Under the pieces are notes generated by a model, which was not told the origin of the DNA, did no database searches, and was given only the letters and a program-made list of their open reading frames with translations. A program made the translations under genes and the position numbers. Of a stretch of DNA of 37,714 nucleotides, positions 36,984-37,714 are shown piece after piece. The stretch is taken from NCBI GenBank assembly GCA_037138355.1, contig JBAXIL010000015.1, positions 1 through 37,714 of the forward strand. The letters run 5' to 3'. Within the stretch, counting starts at the first letter, position 1. Every line of letters begins with the position of its first letter. This DNA is from a bacterium. GTDB lineage: Bacteria; Oederibacteriota; PGYV01; Palsa-1178.

Positions 36984-37714
36984 TTAGCTCTTCGCTACGC
37001 GGAATCCAAACCAATATGCACTTCCATTCTTGGATGAATAGGATCGGGTTCCTACCTTCATTGGTACCGCGCTCATACCAAAACTTCCACCCCGTACCAC
37101 GATTTCGGTACCACTATTAGGTCCTCTGTAATCCGTAGAATTGCCTGGATAATCTCCATACCAATCCCAACAATATTCAAACGCATTTCCAGCCATATCA
37201 TAAATACCAAGAGCATTAGCATTTTTGCCACCAACATTATGATCAGCATCTCCTGCATTAGCCATATACCAAGCCACAAGTCCTGTCGCAGTAGCATCAT
37301 TATAGTCCGCTGTTGCTCCGCTGGCATAATCATATGGCTGCCAGCTCGAACCGTCTTTATAACTTGCAGCATATTGCCACTCACCTTCTGATGGCAATCT
37401 GTATCCAGTAGCTTCCCAATCACAAACCGCAGCATCGCAGACAGTAGCATTAGCGTTGCTTGAATCTTTTATTACAGTAGTTAAACTTAAATCAGCATAA
37501 TAACAAGGTTTTAATCCATTCATTTCGCTATACGCATTACACCACACTATAGCACCCCTCCAGCTCATAGCAGTGACTGGTTGATACTTTGCCGAAGTAG
37601 GATCTGCACCTTGACTACCATCTTTTCCTTCCTGACCAGAAGAAACAATTGTATATCCATGGTTTAAAGCCCAAGTTCTAACCGTGAACCATAAATCATA
37701 AGTCACTTCGTATT
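36984..37714 (-). CDS. Formylglycine-generating enzyme (SUMF1/FGE-sulfatase) domain protein; 5' end outside window
   Basis: The frame stays open to the window edge (..YEVTYDLW). QPVTAMSW..AIVWCN, GYRLPSEGEWQYAA, NALGIYDMAGNAFEYCWDWY, VVRGGSF, GFRVA. Confidence 0.92.
   Translation of the reverse strand, partial: YEVTYDLWFTVRTWALNHGYTIVSSGQEGKDGSQGADPTSAKYQPVTAMSWRGAIVWCNAYSEMNGLKPCYYADLSLTTVIKDSSNANATVCDAAVCDWEATGYRLPSEGEWQYAASYKDGSSWQPYDYASGATADYNDATATGLVAWYMANAGDADHNVGGKNANALGIYDMAGNAFEYCWDWYGDYPGNSTDYRGPNSGTEIVVRGGSFGMSAVPMKVGTRSYSSKNGSAYWFGFRVAKS

Noticed and set aside
6212..37450. Many short ORFs (60-150 aa) overlapping the housekeeping genes, mostly antisense
   Set aside because: They lie within or across well-supported genes and show no recognisable motifs. 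None resembles HicA.

Overview
A low-GC bacterial chromosomal window that is mostly housekeeping, with a few unusual envelope-type genes. The left end holds two minus-strand secreted-protein genes. One (1894 to beyond position 1, missing from the ORF track) has a choice-of-anchor-L-like domain followed by about 370 codons of strict Thr-X alternation. The other is a 7-repeat propeller/DUF11 protein with a FlgD-Ig/T9SS-like C-terminal domain. A divergent SurA/PpiD-type foldase follows. From 5986 to 36707 all credible genes are on the minus strand, in transcription order: rpsF-ssb-rpsR-DUF2232-rplI-dnaB-alr; ruvCAB-NUDIX; a four-subunit 2-oxoacid:ferredoxin oxidoreductase and an ArgA-like GNAT; a 1848-aa protein, a Zn-ribbon membrane protein and an O-antigen-ligase/TPR protein; then purN-orf-purH-tyrS-NUDIX-EndoQ-LOG-HAD-GT2-GT4-methyltransferase-amrS-maf. 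A truncated FGE/SUMF1-domain gene lies at the right edge. The standout is the 1848-aa protein: a HicB-antitoxin-like N-terminal domain fused to a beta-propeller and a long Ig/FN3 repeat stalk, with no signal peptide and no hicA in the window. I found no rRNA, tRNA, CRISPR array or mobile element. The protein styles suggest an anaerobic candidate-phylum diderm such as Goldbacteria/Firestonebacteria, but that is inference only. All family calls come from motif recognition by eye, not database searches.
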